A DNA stretch of 63,646 bases, the filler included, from Licmophora abbreviata (taxonomy: Eukaryota), in NCBI GenBank assembly GCA_900291995.1. It is 13 parts of 13 records of this genome, joined end to end, with 100 filler letters (N's around TTAATTAATTAA, not from the genome) between each part and the next. Parts side by side here need not be neighbours in the genome. Positions count along the whole stretch, not along the records: positions 1 to 13,141 come from OLMU01005616.1; positions 13,242 to 19,976 come from OLMU01005619.1; positions 20,077 to 22,461 come from OLMU01005621.1; 10 more parts are not named here. One strand, 5' to 3'. The translations under genes and the position numbers were made by a program. Position 1 is the first letter of the stretch, and every line of letters begins with the position of its first letter. Positions 11,226 through 22,561 of this stretch are shown here, in pieces. The notes beneath the pieces were generated by a model. The model was not told the DNA's origin and made no database searches. It was given only the letters and a program-made list of their open reading frames with translations.

Positions 11226-13103
11226 CTAAAGCTCGACCCGTTCGTGCTCTTGTTTCTTCTCTTCCTCCACGGCAGCTTGACTATGTTGCCTACCAGCACT
11301 CGGTTCGCTGTTCACTTGCTCACGGATTGCGTTGATTTCAGTAGATCCCGTGGTGGTAGTGGCGACGGCGTCGTCTTGTTGGTGTGGTTCGTTGTCTGCC
11401 GCCTCTTCTTTGACACTCGAAGCTAAAATTTGCTCATCGTGATGGTCTTCCTGTTCTTCATCGTGATCCTCGAACGTCTGCTCTTGCTCGTTGTCATCAA
11501 GGTCATTCACAAGCCTCTTCAGCTCATCCCCAGCATTATCTTGGATATCATCCTTGACGTCCTTCAGCTGATCCTCATCGTGAATTGTATCGACACTCAA
11601 CGAAAGAGACCGCGCCCCAACATCGGCGTCGGAATACTCTCCCTCATCGGCGTCTAGACAGGAAATCGAGGGACCGAGACCACTGGCATTCACCATCGCA
11701 GTGACCCCATCGTCCCTGGGTGTTGTTGCTGTTTCCGCTTTTGGTATACCGTACTTCTCTTCCCATCCACGGGCATCCGCTCCGTCTTGTATTTGAACAG
11801 ACGCAGGAGCAAAAATGCTACTCGGCACGCCAGCCTCAAATCGTTCTTCGTCCATGCCATCGTCCCATATTTCAGTGAAGGCTTCGGAACGATTGTCGGA
11901 GGGGGGAATGCCGTACTTGGCTTCCCAGTCACGTGTGTCGGCCGCAATGCTACTACGACTGACATTTGATTTCTTTTGCGTTGATGGGGGTGCCAAAGCG
12001 TTGTCGTTGTCATCTCCATCTGTCCACAGCTCGCTAAAGAGTGACGCATTCTGGACTGAGTCGTCGTCCCCTCCTTCTCCATATCGAGAAGGAGATCCGT
12101 TGAGACTTCCCAAGACACTATCATCGCACTGCGTCATGTCGTCGTATGCTTGATTGTGCTGTTCCGTTAGAGCATACAGATCAGCAACGCTCACTTGAGA
12201 ACGTCTTTTCGAAGTAACTGTAGGTAGACGACGCTCCCACGCTGCTGCCGTCGTCAAAGTCGTTGTAGGACCGGACACTTTCAGGAGGCGGAGGTATTGC
12301 TTGTTCGTCGCGCGGACTACCATGTTGTCCTTCTTGCTTGGAGGAGACGGAACCTTCGATGAGAGAATTGCCGGAATCAGCAGTCTCCTTTTGTTTCAAG
12401 TCTAGCTGGCTGTCTTGCCTCTTGGCCCATTTACTGCCAAAGACAAAGTAAGCAATCGCCAATAGTCCCAGAGCTCCAGCGCCAATGCCGGCATACAAGA
12501 GAATCTGACCAATATCTATTCCTCCGTCATTGCTGCTCGCATCTTCTCCTTCTTGTGCGTTCTCCAAGATGACTTTCTGAGTCGACGCCAGCACTGGATC
12601 ATTCGCTTGCTCCAGAAGCAACAGGTACTCAAACAAGGCTGTATCGCGGAACGAAGCTTGCACATGGTCATCCAGCTGCTCCTGAAGGGGCGGCTGCGAA
12701 TCCTTGTGAAAGTAGGCGACCGAGGTGACAAGCTGCGTAAAGGTCACGGACACATCGTCATTTTCCATCGTAGAGAAGCCGTCGAACTTCAACTCGAACG
12801 AGACGTATGGCGTCTCTTCTCTTTGCACGAGCGCGGCTTGCAACTGTTCGGAAACATGACGGTACGTAAGTTCTTCCCATTCCGTTCCGTTGACTTGCAC
12901 CACGCGTTTTCGTTTTCGCAGCATGTCGGCATTTTCCGGCTCTTGTTTGGGTACGACGACACTCAAGAATATGTTCGATAAGGCACGGTCGTTCGTGTTC
13001 TCCAAATTGATGGAAGGACTCCCAGAGGGTACCAAGCTTGCAGTAGGGACGGCTGAAGGAACATCAGACGGAGCCGTAGTCTTCGAGGGAGCGACCGAGG
13101 GGG
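11226..13103 (-). CDS. Type I membrane protein, paralog B (5' exon lost in gap); apparent 1-nt frameshift near 12206-12209
   Basis: Shares EW.ELT..HV, VAY[YF], VQ.SF.DTA.FEYLLLL..A.DPVLA.TQKV, the TM and STYSYFE with paralog A. It has the same phase-1 acceptor before an AP[ST] stalk (GAACAG at 13104). The tail is in ORF 11226-12323. Confidence 0.7.
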
Positions 13104-13141
13104 CTGTTCAATATGGGGGTTCACGGACGAGAGAGAGAGAG

Positions 13142-13241
13142 NNNNNNNNNNNNNNNNNNNNNNNNNNNNNNNNNNNNNNNNNNNNTTAATTAATTAANNN
13201 NNNNNNNNNNNNNNNNNNNNNNNNNNNNNNNNNNNNNNNNN
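13142..13241. other. Artificial scaffold spacer N44-TTAATTAATTAA-N44 (first of 12)
   Basis: Identical 100-bp spacers with stops in all six frames at 13142-13241, 19977-20076, 22462-22561, 24760-24859, 27713-27812, 36127-36226, 45391-45490, 51020-51119, 52343-52442, 55785-55884, 59846-59945 and 61623-61722. Confidence 0.99.
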
Positions 13242-13763
13242 CAACTCGGAACGGAAATGAGAGCGTTGTCCAAGCGCTGCTCGAGTAAGAATGTGTTGGA
13301 ATCCGATGACGTACGACGTACTCGCATGGACGCCGAAGCTTGCTCCATCTCAAACCACCGTCTAGTCTACTTGGAGGATACTAATTGTTCCTTGTTTTAG
13401 TGGCGTTCCATGTCTAGTATATTGGATCACCATGAGGTCTCGTTGTTGCAAAGACCAAGTACATTACAGCTCCTTTCACGGTTTGGTATGTTTCGGACTG
13501 GTAGACTACATTGATACCTTTAATCTTTTTTGGCTGCCACGATTTCGGTTACAATGACATTCCTATTCGTCGTAGAAACTTCTGTACGTATCTACATGAC
13601 GAGCGGAATCTCTTCTCCGCCATCATCCATGAAAACTCTGACTGCCGGACGAACTCTCCGGAACAACACGATCAGGCCCCACGACCCAGATGGAGATAAA
13701 TCCAGCTTCACATTTTCAGTTTCTCCTGTTTGACACAAAAGAAAGCAGAACTACACAGCATCC

Positions 13764-15127
13764 ATGGCGACCATGAGTTCCTACAAGAGTAGCAGCGGAA
13801 ACGGCAGAAGTACTGTGTACGTGGCGGTTCCAAACAGCGACGCCGACGATGCTGAAAAGCTGCAGCAAGAACACGTGATGCATCCGAAACAGACACGCTC
13901 GACAGTTCGTCTCATCCTCGGCACGGTTCTCGCATTCCTTGTCTTGGGCATGATCTTCGATGACAACGATTCCTCGCACGATGAAAATCCGGACTACTAC
14001 TACTATGGAAAGCAAGGTCGTCACCATCACCACGGAAAACATCACCACCATCACACGACGACGAGGGCTGGTGGGAGCACGTCAAGAAAGACTTGGGCTT
14101 TGGACCTCGACCCGCTCCTACCAAACTTCCTGGTGGTGGGCGTGACTGGCTTGTGGATGTCACAGAGGGCACACTGGTGGCCAAACACAATCCCTCCCTC
14201 GTTCTCGGTGTGGATAGGAACGCTCCCCTCGTTCTGGTTCCCAAGGGCAGTCCCGACCAGCTCACGTTTGGGCCGCCTCCCAAGGATGGTACGGAGAAAC
14301 TGCCGTTTGTGAGTAAGGAGGGTGGCAACGTGCTAGTCCAGGATACAATGAAGCTTCCTGGATTTCGGGTCCGAGTCGCTGGATTGAATGTCGATAACGA
14401 TGACTATGAACAAGCGGATACGACGACCGCTTCGAAGGATACTGTCATGGTTTCGTTCAAAGACAATTTCATCATTCTCAATGTCGACAACGACAAGATG
14501 GTCTTGGACGTTGCCTTTTGGGAGATTATGGAAGGTTCTCACGTTAATTTTGTCCGTGATGCGTCGTGGTGTAGCAAGAAAACCTTTGTCAGTGGAGGTG
14601 GTCGTGATTGGATTTGGAATCAAGAGGACGGCACGATTGCGACGAAACTCAATCCCAATTTGGTCTTGGGCAAGACGCTTCCTTCCATGGTGTTGGTCAA
14701 GCAAGAGGATACCAAGCACAAGATTGTATTGGATAAGAGTGCTGCAATGGACTTGGCGAGTGGACTCAGCGTTCCTATGGTGTTGGAGAATGGGGGCGTC
14801 GTGACCCAGCGTTTGGACCGTACCAAAGAGTTTGGTCCCTGGCACTTTGTGGAGAGTGCCGTGGATACCACACGGGTTGACAGCACCAGTGAATCCCCCA
14901 TTACCATTCAGTACGATGGAAACTATGTCTTTGTCAATGACGATAATCAAGTCTTGGACGTGTCCTTTTGGAACATGGAGCCTGGAACGGTTGTCAACTT
15001 TGTGGGTGGAGATAAACCGGCGGCAGTCAAGGCGAAAAAGGATGTGAACCAAAAGTACAAGTCCTCCTTGAGGAGCGAGAGCCGCAGCAGTAGCAGTAGC
15101 AGTAGCAGCAGCTCAAGTGAAGATTAG
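13764..15127 (+). CDS. Type II membrane protein: His-rich linker, duplicated ricin-B/beta-trefoil-like module, poly-Ser-ED tail; apparent frameshift near 14055
   Basis: TM LILGTVLAFLVLGMIF and a His tract. Two copies each of GGGRDW...GT...K.NP.LVLG and VLDV.FW...G..VNFV. Restoring one C at CATCAC^ACGAC joins ORFs 13764-14312 and 14093-15127 (HDDEGWWEHVKKDLGFGP). Confidence 0.65.
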
Positions 15128-15577
15128 AAGTTCGCAGGACGCTGGAAGCCAGCCAATTTTTTTAGTGAGTCCACGGGTCAGTGTACCTAGTACCGGTACA
15201 TCTGAGTCGAGTCGAGTCGTCTCCTTCGGCATAGGCGTTATCGGGACATTCATCAGAATAGTTCATGAGTTATATTATATCTGGTTCGACCTCGTAGCTT
15301 GAAACGAGATTTTCCTCTCGCACATACCGGAACGCCACTATTGTGCCGACTATCCCTAGATTCAGAACGGAAGACATCGTATTTTCAGTCACCTCGTGGA
15401 AACCTACAAGTTCAAAGTATAGTGATTGCTGCACCATTCCAACAACATGTAAACTAAGCTAATACTTTTGCGAACAATGTTACTTCGAGAAGTCGAGCGA
15501 GCTGCATCGCGCTGCAGCGTTCACACACAGTCGCTTTCGACGCTCTCTGTCCATCGGCAGATCATCTTCAGCAATCC

Positions 15578-18500
15578 TTAGGACTTGTGCCCCGTCGATC
15601 CATACGTGGTGGCGTCGCCAGTCGCCAGCGCAGACGATTCATTGACAACTTCTCGTTCAGGCATTTCCCTCTCTGGAATCATGTCGCCTTCAAAATGTTG
15701 TCCAAAGAAACGGGCAGAAACTTTGGGAGGCGAAGCGTCCGCGACGTGTGGCGACGCGTGTGACGGATACTGAGGCCAATCGTAAAAACGATACTCCTTG
15801 AAACGAGGCACGCCCACAATGTAAGTTCCGTAGCAGTATCGCTTCATGCTCTTCAACTTTAAGGCGTCTTCCCTCTGGATCTGACGCCAACGCCTCGCCT
15901 CCACGAGCTGCTGATATCGCAGACGCAGTCGCTTCTTTGCATCTTTCCTCAGTTGTTCCCTCGTTCGACCCTTTACCAAGAAGATGTCAACCAACTTCAT
16001 CCACGGACCTAGGAAAGTCCACACCATGATCCGAAACACCCAGTGGAAGAGCCATCCCCACGGGATCCCGACTAGTAGAAGTCCTGCTACGATCGAGATG
16101 TTGATAATCCAGAAGTTGTATCGACTTTCTTCCCATGTCGCAAAGCTTTTGCCGATCCGCACGCCTCTGACCACGACTTCAAGGTTCTGCTGCACAGGGC
16201 TGAGAATAGGCTCCAAAGGATTCAAGGAGAACCCGAAGCGAGTCTTGGCAGACTCGATCGATACTTCGGTATCTTCTGCGGCTGCAGCCTCTTCCTCTTT
16301 TGCAGCTTTGTCAGCCCGCGCCGCTTCCGCAGCAGCTTCTTCCTGGCTCGCTTCTTCGGCAACTTTCTTTTCTTCTAGGTACTTCTCCACCTCGTCCTTC
16401 CGTTCGTCCGGATCAATCGAGTCTGTAAACGTTCGATTGAAGAGGAGCACTTGCAAGTGTTCCCAATACGTCCGTTTTTTCCTCCATGGCGATGGATGAC
16501 TATTCATCAATTCCATGGAGCCAAGAAGCACCCACGCAACAGAAAATAACAAGAACGATGGGAAGAGATTGTAATCTTCAGCCAACAGCATACCACCGAT
16601 GAATGCGACCATTGAATGCATGGGAAGCTTCAGTGTTAGAGGCATTAACAGGCGGCGTGGTAGGCTTTCAGGTGGCTGTTCCGGGTCGATGGGGCGGGGA
16701 GGAATCGAAGGAACCAGGATTGTGACGGGCAAATGTCCGCGCCAAAGCAGAACGGTAAATGCAGCTGACTTCAACACAGGGACGACAGCCTTGTACGCTT
16801 GAAGTTCCTCGACAAACGAGGCAAGCGTGTCCATGCTGAACATCTTGGTGTCACACTGGACGGATGAGCAAGACGGAGATTGTACGTAGTAAGCAGACGA
16901 CGAACGGGGAAAATCTCACGATACGGATCAGCAAATTGACAATCACCTACCTCGCCGACAATCGCATAGTGGGAAGACTCAAAGTCCCTCTTTTGCGAAA
17001 CATTGACGTATATTTCTGGAGGGGGCATGATGGATCGAATGAGCGCCTTTCTTTCGTTTTCCCATTCGATGCGAACCCGTACGGTTACAGTGCCCTGTGC
17101 CTTCCGTTTGGACACTAAAGAGGAGGTGACCAACTCGAGCTGCATTGTGTAATCTGTCATGGGGCGCATGTTAGAGTGGTCAAGCGTCACTCTCCCAACA
17201 GGATCGTTGCTATTCAGAGGAGTGCCAGCATCGTAGTCAAGTATGGCGAGCATAAGCTGTGACGACGGATGCATTATATTGAAAACAAACGCACGCTGTG
17301 TCCATGGCATCCACCTAGGGCTTAGAGCATCCGAAATGACATCGGTGTTGACGACGGAGTCCTCGTATATCATACAGGCAAATGCGTCCGTCATTCCACC
17401 AGTCGCAACATGCATAGGCCCACTGTCCATATTGGGAAGCCCATCGCAGCCAATGAGCTCAACGTAGAACTTTCCAAGAGCACCAGAACCAACCTGGATC
17501 CAACTTTTCGATGGTTTGAGGGCTTCCACGTTGACCTGTGCTTCTGTCATCCACGTCGTCTCCTCTGGACGATCAGGATCTGGCCCAGGCTTCACTCGAA
17601 ACTGAAAATGCGATTTGAAAGACGGCACAGGGTGAGACGTACTAGAGGCTGCGATGTTGGTTCAGTTGTGAGAGGCGATCGACTCACCTCCTTCTCTCCA
17701 GTCTTCGATTTCCGTTTTTCCCTCTTAAGAATTGAACCCGTGACAGAGCGGATCGGAACAAATGCTTCATTTGCGTAGGCCCCGACGGACCCCTTCTTCT
17801 TCTTCTGAGATGCAAAATCCTTCATGAACTCAAGATCCTCTGTTGAAGCCTGACGAAAACGGAGCACAAGTCTAGCACCTTTGGCGTCTTTGTGCTTTGC
17901 ATCGAGAATGAGAGGGTATTCGACGCGTTCGCCCGATCCATCCAATAGCTCCTCTTGGAGCACATACACCCGTCCCAATATGTCGTCTTTTCCTATGGCA
18001 TCGTAGTCATAGACGGTGAGTGCAAGTCCAGCGCTGCTGCGAAAGAATTCTTCCGGTGTCTTTTCCAACAGAAACAACGAGCCGCTTTCAATAGTCCAGA
18101 CAGGGTTCAGCCTGCTCGTATATTCGGGCAGCAGATGGGTTGGTGAGTAATGTCTAAGTAAGGTGATACACCGAGCAGTTCTCATCCCACATCCTCTCTA
18201 CTCACGTGTTGGGTTTCTGGTCGGTCCGATGAAGTTCTTCTCTTCCTAGATGTACGGTAACGTACGCATCGGTACTCGCGAGATCTGCCACTGGCAGTCG
18301 GACCGCAGACACAATCTCCACTAGGAGTTGAACCTTGGATCCTAGATTCCGCATCTTGCTGTTGGGACTGGCGTGAAAGGCCTCGAGTCTGCGCTCTGCA
18401 CGACCCTCTTCGAGCTTACCCAAAGACTCCAGAATTGCACAGAAGGTTGTTGCTGTAGTTGCAAAGAAGCCACGATAAGGTGAGCTGCATAGCCTCAGTC

Positions 18501-19510
18501 TTCCGTACACTCTCAATACCCCAGCGAAGCTAGGTTCGGCCAAATCGTACCTTCTTGCTCGCTGGTAAAGTTCAGATCTCGAAGTTTTGTATCGTTGCCC
18601 CGACCCATCTTGAGTTCAACGGTATGACGCCGGTGCTTGAGCAATTCAATGTCGTCTAAACTGTAAAGATATGCTTCCGTCCACATGCCATCGTGGAACT
18701 CCTAGGTGTATTGTGGACGAGAAAGCGTGAAAGAAATGAGGAGGGTGTACGCGTGTATGGGTGGTGTTGAGTCACGTGCCATCGACGCGAAAAAAGGATG
18801 TTGCCTACCTTGTCGACACCCGACAGTGATATCGATGAAATCGAGTGGTCGTCAGCGTCGTCTTCGTCTGAGATCAAGCAAAAGACGCAGCAGAAAGTCT
18901 TAGTCAAGAGGCGATCATTGCAAGTTCTTCCAGTCATTCCCGACGTACCTTCACCCTTGTCGTCATCATCTCCTCCTTTCTTGCCCAATCCAAAGAGTCC
19001 TCCTCGCTTATTCGCTTCCGCTCGTCGAAAGATTCTCAAAATGATATATTCTTCGTCGTGAAGTACCTCATTGTCAAGATGCTTCATCGACGTTCCTCGC
19101 AAGAGTCCTTCCATGACTGCGGGTCCGCCTTTCGAAGACCCTTTCTCTGGGTCATCCTTGTTGGTATGAACTTCCATCGTAATACGACTCGTCTTTTGGC
19201 GCAGTTTTCCGCCCAGCGCACCCCCGACGGTAGGAACGAGTTTTCCGTTGACCATGTCGGACTTGATGGGAGGCATTTTCACATCCCACACTCGTACGGC
19301 ATCGTGCTCTCCCAGATTAATTTCTTGACTGAGTGTCATGTCGCCTCGTTTGTTCTTTGTGGGCATCAGGCGTTCCAGCAAAGCTTTCCTTTCGCCCTCT
19401 GTATTAGTTTCGCCGTCGTCCTCCTTTCGAGGCAGTATCTTTTGAAATGGATTCTTGGTCATCTTTTGAAACGGATTCTTGGTCATCTTTTGCAATGGAT
19501 TCTTGGTCAT
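15578..19510 (-). CDS. Multi-exon C2-domain and transmembrane protein (MCTP-like)
   Basis: C2 motifs (LLVEIVSAVRLPVADLASTDAYV, LNPVWT, TVYDYDAIGKDDILG, VELIGCDGLPNMD, LSPRW, LDYD) across collinear ORFs with GT-AG junctions, and C-terminal hydrophobic segments. Exon boundaries are approximate. Confidence 0.8.
19436..19510 (-). repeat. 24-bp tandem repeat x3 encoding MTKNP[LF]QK
   Basis: GATTCTTGGTCAT occurs three times at 24-bp period at the start of the C2 gene. Confidence 0.9.
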
Positions 19511-20076
19511 GACGCGAATCTGTCTCTTTCCCTATCGCTTGTACAGACTCAGCCGTTGCTTCAATGGCAAAACAGGAGGAAATGAGAGGATATGGTACAC
19601 TTGAAAGACTTCTCGTCAAACACACAGCTTGAAAAGTGTTCTCTTTGCAAAGTTGACAGTCGAGCTTATGACTAAAGATACCGCTTGATTTAGCTCGAGC
19701 ACCATGCATCACCGGGCGCGACACAAAAACACCTCACAAAACCCTGATCCACGCATGATTCATGGCCCCCACGACACTCTCCCATTGCCATTCAAAACTT
19801 CAAGTGTGTCAAAGTAAGAAGCGTGAGTAAATTCTAGCGATGGTGACTCCAGTGTCATCGAATCGAATCAGGATCGACCCCTAGCTCAAACGGGTCTCAA
19901 AGCGGGACTGACGAACCAATCAAAGCGGGACTGGGCCAACCGCCGGTTTGCTCGCGCGATGTGAAGCGGCGTCGCCNNNNNNNNNNNNNNNNNNNNNNNN
20001 NNNNNNNNNNNNNNNNNNNNTTAATTAATTAANNNNNNNNNNNNNNNNNNNNNNNNNNNNNNNNNNNNNNNNNNNN

Positions 20077-20535
20077 ATACGCCGCAGACCTTAGAGGTGT
20101 CCATCCATCATTGCCAGGTCGGTGTTTGTCGGCCCCGTTCTCCATCAACACTTTCACCACATCGATGTGTCCTTTAAAAGCCGCAGCATTGAGAGGTGTC
20201 CATCCATAGCCATCGTCCTGTTCATTAATATCCGTGACCTTCCCCACAAGTGCACGCACGGTGGATACATCGCCGTCCAAGCAAGCAGTCTTCAGCAATA
20301 TATAGTGTTCCGCTGGGCTCTTTTGGTCCGTCCCAATCTTGTCTCTCTCAATGACTAGATTCTGGGCCATAGCATCAAGGGAAGGTGTCTCCTCGGAATT
20401 CTTGGAGTTGGGCCGTGTCACCAAGAGTTGGGGAGGCATGACATTCGTCGACTCCCGGAGTATCAAAGAGGGCTGCCTCCATCTTGGGGGAACGCTGGGC
20501 ATGTTGGAAGATTCGAAGAAGTGAACAAGTGACAC
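20077..20535 (-). CDS. Ankyrin-repeat protein, 3' end truncated by gap
   Basis: YGWTPLNAAAFKGHIDVVKVLMENGAD and DGWTPLRSAA ankyrin consensus. The start codon is uncertain. Confidence 0.85.
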
Positions 20536-20998
20536 TGTTGTGAATGGGGAATAAGGCCTCTCTTCTTGCTGATGAAAACGATTGCCCGCGTGTTTGGTAC
20601 CATCCTACCGCGGTATGTACAGGTATGAAATTTTCACGATCAAGTATCGTACCTGGTGGTATGTTCAACCTTACTCATGGCAAAACTTGGCGGTCTCCAT
20701 GTGCGAGGTCCGCGTCTTGAATCAGTCATGGAATGGCCGGCGCAACATCTGACGCCAGGGCGTGATTGGATGACGTTTTGTTTTTTGTTTTTTGGTTTTT
20801 TTTCATCACACAAGATACTACTCGTACGTACAGTGAAGTTCGTTTTCCTCTCAAGACCCATTGCAAAAGTTTCAAGACTCGTCTCGTCTCGCAACGACCT
20901 ACTGTATCATACAGTTCATCGAGTACCATTTTGCAAGCAAGAAGCCCACGCCGCTGCAGTGCATGCCACGCTGAGACGCTGACGCCCAAAAGTGGAGA

Positions 20999-22183
20999 AT
21001 GGAAGCGGTCACGTTTGCTCAGGCCGAACAGAACGGTGTCTCGGGGCCGTTTCCTCTTCCCCTCGAGAGGATCTCGAGCGCAATTCGTCTACCCAACCAA
21101 GCGGTTCTACACAAGGGCGAAACCCTGAAGGCCAAGTTGATAATTGCGAATATCCAAGACCAGGAAAATGGTTACTGGATCGAGCCTGAAGGCAAGAAGA
21201 GCAAACCACTTGCCTCGACCAGACTCCGACAAGACAGAGAGGACACAAGAGGCGGAATTAGGACTCGCACGACGATCTTTGGAAACGTTGTATCAGCTGT
21301 GAAAGTGACACGTTCCAACTCAAATGGTCCATGGAACGTGGGTGGCAATGTCGCGATTAAAAAAACGATCGTGGCAGATACCTTTAGCAGGTCTTCTTCC
21401 GAGAAACCTTACCAAGAGCATGCAATGTCCCAACATATTCATGGTAGAGATGAGCAGTACCCGCATTTGAATCGGACCCAGGATGCGTTGATTGACCAAG
21501 AATATCTGTACGTTGTGATGCCATTTTACAGAAAGGGAAGTATGGAGTGGATTGTAAGGAACGGCAAACTTGCGGAGGATGAAGCACGTTATTGGTTTCA
21601 GAAGCTGCTGACATGCCTAGAAAATCTACAGGCACGAGGAGTTTCCCATAAAGACCTATCTCTCGACAACATTGTAGTGAATGACGGAAATGAACCGGTC
21701 ATCATCGATTTCGGCATGTCGGTACTGGTGCCTTATCGTCATGAGATGGCTGGTGATGCAGAAGAGAGTAAAACAGTGACGGATGTGAATGAAGGCGGAG
21801 GAAGGCGTATGCTTTTATGTCCTGGCTGCCGAATGGGCAAGTTCCTTTACATGTGTCCCGAAATCTACAGTGGTAGGAGCTCATTCGATGGCTTTGCAAT
21901 TGATATCTATGCGGTCGGAATCATTCTTCACCGAATGCTTACTGGATTGTTTCCTTGGACGCTCCCCGATGCGCAGGAGTACCGCACAAACTACAACTAC
22001 ATTCAGAACGACAGGCACGCTTTAGTTGGTGAAGATGCACAGGATTTACTCAGGAAAATGCTGAAAGGCGACCCCGGAGAACGCGCGACCCTGAACAATT
22101 GTGAAACGCATGCTTGGACGAACGGCGAAGTTCGTAGGCCCGGCGACGTTCCTACAATTCCACCTCGAGCGCTCAACAGGTAG
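20999..22183 (+). CDS. Ser/Thr protein kinase (CAMK-like, non-RD)
   Basis: VAIK, HKDLSLDN, DFG, GKFLYMCPE, DIYAVG and a C-terminal R (PGERAT). Single exon. Confidence 0.9.
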   Translation: MEAVTFAQAEQNGVSGPFPLPLERISSAIRLPNQAVLHKGETLKAKLIIANIQDQENGYWIEPEGKKSKPLASTRLRQDREDTRGGIRTRTTIFGNVVSAVKVTRSNSNGPWNVGGNVAIKKTIVADTFSRSSSEKPYQEHAMSQHIHGRDEQYPHLNRTQDALIDQEYLYVVMPFYRKGSMEWIVRNGKLAEDEARYWFQKLLTCLENLQARGVSHKDLSLDNIVVNDGNEPVIIDFGMSVLVPYRHEMAGDAEESKTVTDVNEGGGRRMLLCPGCRMGKFLYMCPEIYSGRSSFDGFAIDIYAVGIILHRMLTGLFPWTLPDAQEYRTNYNYIQNDRHALVGEDAQDLLRKMLKGDPGERATLNNCETHAWTNGEVRRPGDVPTIPPRALNR

Positions 22184-22561
22184 GTTCAACGCTCGCACAG
22201 ATGTTCTAGTTTCTTTTTTTGGTTGGTAAACTAGTTTCAAGTAATCTGTCGCTGTTGTCCAAAACATCAATGCCACATACAAATTCAAATCTCAATTCGA
22301 TCCCCCTGTCGGCGCAGTCACCCCTGGTCGGCACGCAGTTTATCAATAGTCGTTGCGTCAGAAAACCGATCTAGAATACCTGTAGGCGACCTAAGAGCAT
22401 CGTTGCCACGCTCACCATCGCTCCCTGCATCGGGGAGGGCAGGTCTGATAGATTATTAGGTNNNNNNNNNNNNNNNNNNNNNNNNNNNNNNNNNNNNNNN
22501 NNNNNTTAATTAATTAANNNNNNNNNNNNNNNNNNNNNNNNNNNNNNNNNNNNNNNNNNNN

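Noticed and set aside
13186..13197. TTAATTAATTAA palindrome recurring 12 times
   Set aside because: It is always centred in an identical 100-bp N spacer and gives stops in all six frames. It is an assembly linker, not a biological repeat or CRISPR element.
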